From an uncultured archaeon (GTDB lineage: Archaea; Asgardarchaeota; Lokiarchaeia; Sigyniarchaeales; Promethearchaeaceae), in contig CAYRPF010000017.1 in the NCBI GenBank assembly GCA_964426185.1, positions 14,387 through 46,386 on the forward strand: a DNA stretch of 32,000 nt. Reading direction: 5' to 3'. The translations under genes and the position numbers were made by a program. A model generated the notes under the pieces. That model had not been told where the DNA came from. It worked only from the letters and a program-made list of their open reading frames with translations, and did no database searches. Shown here one piece after another: positions 29,099 to 32,000 of the stretch (positions within the stretch are counted from its first letter, which is position 1; every line of letters starts with the position of its first letter).

Positions 29099-31909
29099 TT
29101 ATCTTTGTATTTTCTTCTTCATTTTTACTAAAGTTTCAAACGCTTCTATTGGAGTCATGTGATTTAAATCTAAGGAACGGAGCATGATAATTAATTCAGA
29201 ATCATCGATTTTAGGTGGTGCAAAAAGCGTGGTTTGTCGAGCCTTTCGAAGAGAAATTGTTTTACTTGATAATCCTAAATGGGGTATCTTAGAAATTGTT
29301 TCCTTAGCAGAAGAACTTTTGCTACTCTGAGATTTTTGGGGATGTGAATCATTTAAAGTAGGTTTCGTGGCTAAATTAGAACTAAACTCTGATGATTTTG
29401 ATTCGGGAGAATTCTCTCCTTTCAACGCTTCTTCCATTAAATGAAAAGCACGATCAGTTACAGCTGGCGGCATTCCGGCCATCATAGCTACGTGGATTCC
29501 ATAGCTTTTATCCGTCCCTCCATCAGTAAGCTGCCGTAAAAAGACCAATTCGCGTGTTTCTGTTTTTTCTAAAATCCGAAAATGGAAATTATGCATTCGA
29601 GGAAGATCCAGATTAATAAGTTCGTGGAAATGGGTGGAAAAAAGGGTTCTAATATGTTTTTCATGTAGAAATTCTATAACAGCCTGCGCAATTGACTGCC
29701 CATCCACCGTTCCAGTACCTCTCCCTAGTTCATCAATAATCACCAAGCTATTTTCTGTGGCATAATTGAGAATTTGAGCCATTTCATTCATTTCTAACAT
29801 GAAAGTACTTTGTCCCCGAGTTAAGTCATCCGATGCGCCGATTCGGGTAAAAATACGATCTACAATCCCAATTTCTGCAGATTCCGCAGGAATAAAACAT
29901 CCCATTTGAGCAAGAATAATTATAAGTGCAGTTTGACGCAAATAAGTTGATTTTCCACTCCAATTTGGACCTGTAATGACTAAGACTTGTTCTGAATCTG
30001 AATTTAACAAGCAATCATTAGGTACAAATCTTTCTTTTGTGTTAACTTGTTCAATAATAGGATGACGACCTTGATTAATTCTAATTTTATCAGAAAGTGT
30101 TATATTGGGGCGATTATAATTGTAATTTAAAGCCACATCTGCAAAACAACTTAATACATCTAATACAGCAATGATTTCCGCATTTTTTTGAATTTGGAGT
30201 GTATGTTGAGTTACTTCGTCTCGAATGCCTTGAAATAGTTCATACTCTACATCCATCAAATTTTCTTCCGCCGAGAGAATTTTCAGTTCCATATCCTTCA
30301 AACGTTCTGTTTCAAATCGAACACTGGATTTTAGTGATTGACGCTGAATATATTCAGGTGGGAGAGTTAATCCTTTGAGGGCGTTATTGGTTATTTGAAT
30401 ATAGTAGCCTAAAACTCTATTATATCCGATTTTTAACCCAGTAGAGAGATTCAACTTGCGTTTTTCCTCATTTTCAAATGCGATAACCCACTGTTTTCCA
30501 TTTCGTAGAATTTGCCTATATTCATCCACTTGAGCATTATATCCATCCCTAATTATATGTCCTTCCGTAATAGTTGTAGGAGGATTAGGGTGAATTGAGG
30601 CTTCGATTAACGAAATCATTGATGAAAAATCTGAAAGTTGAGAGATCATATCAGTAATAAGATGATTATTCACAGAAGAAAATAATTTTTGAATTTCACC
30701 TACCGCTTTCAGTCCATGGGCTAAATTAAGTAAATTTCGGGCATTCACCGTGCTGGAATAATTAATACGTGAAATTATTCGGCTTAAATCACCGACTTCA
30801 TGAAGAAGGTTGCGAAATTCTTGTAATAATTCATAATTAGAAATGAAAAATGCAACACATTCTAAACGACGATCAATTTCAGTTTTTGAAAGAAGGGGCT
30901 GCACGATCCATTGTCGTAAAAGCCGAGTTCCCATTGGTGTTTGAGTACGGTTCAAAATACTGAATAAAGTCCCGAAATTTCCACCATCTGTTTGATTGCG
31001 GGTTAATTCCAAGTTCTTTTGGGTTGTGGCATCTAAAAACATATAATCATGATCAAGATAATACTTAATTTTGCAAATGTTGGCTAAAGTTTCTTCTTTC
31101 TGAGTTTCTTGGATAAAAGAAACTAAGCCGCCACTGGCACAAATAGACAATATTTTTTGTTCTAAGTCAAAACTGGCTAAATTTTCAACTTGAAACTGTT
31201 TGCAAAGGGTTTTATAAGCTTTTTCTGGAAGAAAGTGATAGGATGAATGCGGTTTTAAGATCATTGAAGTATTAGCATGAAAATTTTCCATAAATGTAAA
31301 ATCAGCGGCCAATTCATCAGAAACTACGCACTCTACGGGAGAGAAACGATTAACCCATGCCCACATGACACGATCTGCCATTTTACCGTAAAATTCAGAG
31401 GTGTAAAAATCTCCACTTGATAAATCCAATAATGCAACTCCAAAGTTTCGTTTCTGTCGGAAAATTGCACATATGAAATTTGGTTTATCACTTTCCAATA
31501 ATAGATCATCTACAATAGTTCCTGGGCTTAAAACCCGTACAACACCACGTTTAACAATTTTTCCCGTTGCTTTTTTTGGATCTTCTAATTGTTCCACGAT
31601 AACTACAGTCTGTCCTTGTTTCACCAAATTTTTAAAATGTTGAGTGGCCTTATGAGGAATTCCAGCTAAAGGGTGCCGACTTGGTCCTGTTCCCCTTTTA
31701 GTCAGGGTTAATCCCAATAATTTCGAGACTTTAATTGCATCATCATAAAAAAATTCATAAAAATCCCCCATTCTATAGGCGAGCAGAAATTCTTCCGGAT
31801 ATTGTTTTCGGATCGAATACCAATGTTGCATCATATCTGGCATTTTTCCAGATTTATAGAGAGTTTCTGCGCTAATTGTCATATCTTCAGATGATTTTGG
31901 GGTGCTCAT
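29099..31909 (-). CDS. mutS: DNA mismatch repair protein MutS (bacterial-type MutS1)
   Basis: YRMGDFYEFF mismatch-binding FxE motif, AGIP, Walker A GPNWSGKST, QSTFMLEM, DELGRGT, STHFHEL, SYGIHVA and C-terminal LDLNHMTPIEA. Confidence 0.96.
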   Translation of the reverse strand: MSTPKSSEDMTISAETLYKSGKMPDMMQHWYSIRKQYPEEFLLAYRMGDFYEFFYDDAIKVSKLLGLTLTKRGTGPSRHPLAGIPHKATQHFKNLVKQGQTVVIVEQLEDPKKATGKIVKRGVVRVLSPGTIVDDLLLESDKPNFICAIFRQKRNFGVALLDLSSGDFYTSEFYGKMADRVMWAWVNRFSPVECVVSDELAADFTFMENFHANTSMILKPHSSYHFLPEKAYKTLCKQFQVENLASFDLEQKILSICASGGLVSFIQETQKEETLANICKIKYYLDHDYMFLDATTQKNLELTRNQTDGGNFGTLFSILNRTQTPMGTRLLRQWIVQPLLSKTEIDRRLECVAFFISNYELLQEFRNLLHEVGDLSRIISRINYSSTVNARNLLNLAHGLKAVGEIQKLFSSVNNHLITDMISQLSDFSSMISLIEASIHPNPPTTITEGHIIRDGYNAQVDEYRQILRNGKQWVIAFENEEKRKLNLSTGLKIGYNRVLGYYIQITNNALKGLTLPPEYIQRQSLKSSVRFETERLKDMELKILSAEENLMDVEYELFQGIRDEVTQHTLQIQKNAEIIAVLDVLSCFADVALNYNYNRPNITLSDKIRINQGRHPIIEQVNTKERFVPNDCLLNSDSEQVLVITGPNWSGKSTYLRQTALIIILAQMGCFIPAESAEIGIVDRIFTRIGASDDLTRGQSTFMLEMNEMAQILNYATENSLVIIDELGRGTGTVDGQSIAQAVIEFLHEKHIRTLFSTHFHELINLDLPRMHNFHFRILEKTETRELVFLRQLTDGGTDKSYGIHVAMMAGMPPAVTDRAFHLMEEALKGENSPESKSSEFSSNLATKPTLNDSHPQKSQSSKSSSAKETISKIPHLGLSSKTISLRKARQTTLFAPPKIDDSELIIMLRSLDLNHMTPIEAFETLVKMKKKIQR

Positions 31910-31929
31910 GAGAATAAATCACTATATGT

Positions 31930-31945
31930 TCTTTAAATTCTTGTA
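31930..31945 (-). promoter_or_regulatory. Putative BRE/TATA promoter for a leaderless mutS transcript
   Basis: Minus strand reads CAAGAA-TTTAAA, with the box at 31932-31937 about 25 nt before ATG 31909. No SD motif. Confidence 0.45.
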
Positions 31946-32000
31946 TACTTCATAAATAGAGAAAAAATAAAATAAATATAGATATTCACGGTTTAATACA

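Noticed and set aside
24883-30014. Track ORFs 24883-25101, 26125-26511, 27861-28049 and 29826-30014
   Set aside because: They overlap confidently assigned genes in antisense or alternative frames.

Overview
Low-GC archaeal chromosomal window, most consistent with an Asgard (Lokiarchaeia-like) genome. This is an inference from ZPR1, the four-subunit por operon, the AbrB-PhoU regulator, TATA/BRE promoters and a bacterial-type MutS1. From left to right it contains: a partial helical/TPR-like gene, a small coiled-coil ORF, ZPR1, porCDAB (2-oxoacid:ferredoxin oxidoreductase), an APH-like kinase and a DUF429 nuclease. Next is a ~2 kb accessory patch (6.85-8.95 kb) of tiny ORFs, a candidate sRNA and a pseudogene. 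After that come a GH13 alpha-amylase, a giant (~4,290 aa) almost entirely transmembrane protein, PhoU, EFR1 flavodoxin-ferredoxin, TauE, a 5'-degenerate FmdE, and a tightly coupled mutS plus orphan N4/N6 DNA methyltransferase pair. The most notable items are: (i) the giant polytopic membrane gene, whose nearest upstream ATG is out of frame across an A14 tract (possible phase-variation or slippage switch, or an assembly error); (ii) the mutS-methyltransferase operon; (iii) two small paralog-like ORFs sharing an FxxYLPS motif next to a candidate RNA rich in anti-Shine-Dalgarno motifs. No tRNA, rRNA, CRISPR array or transposase was recognised.
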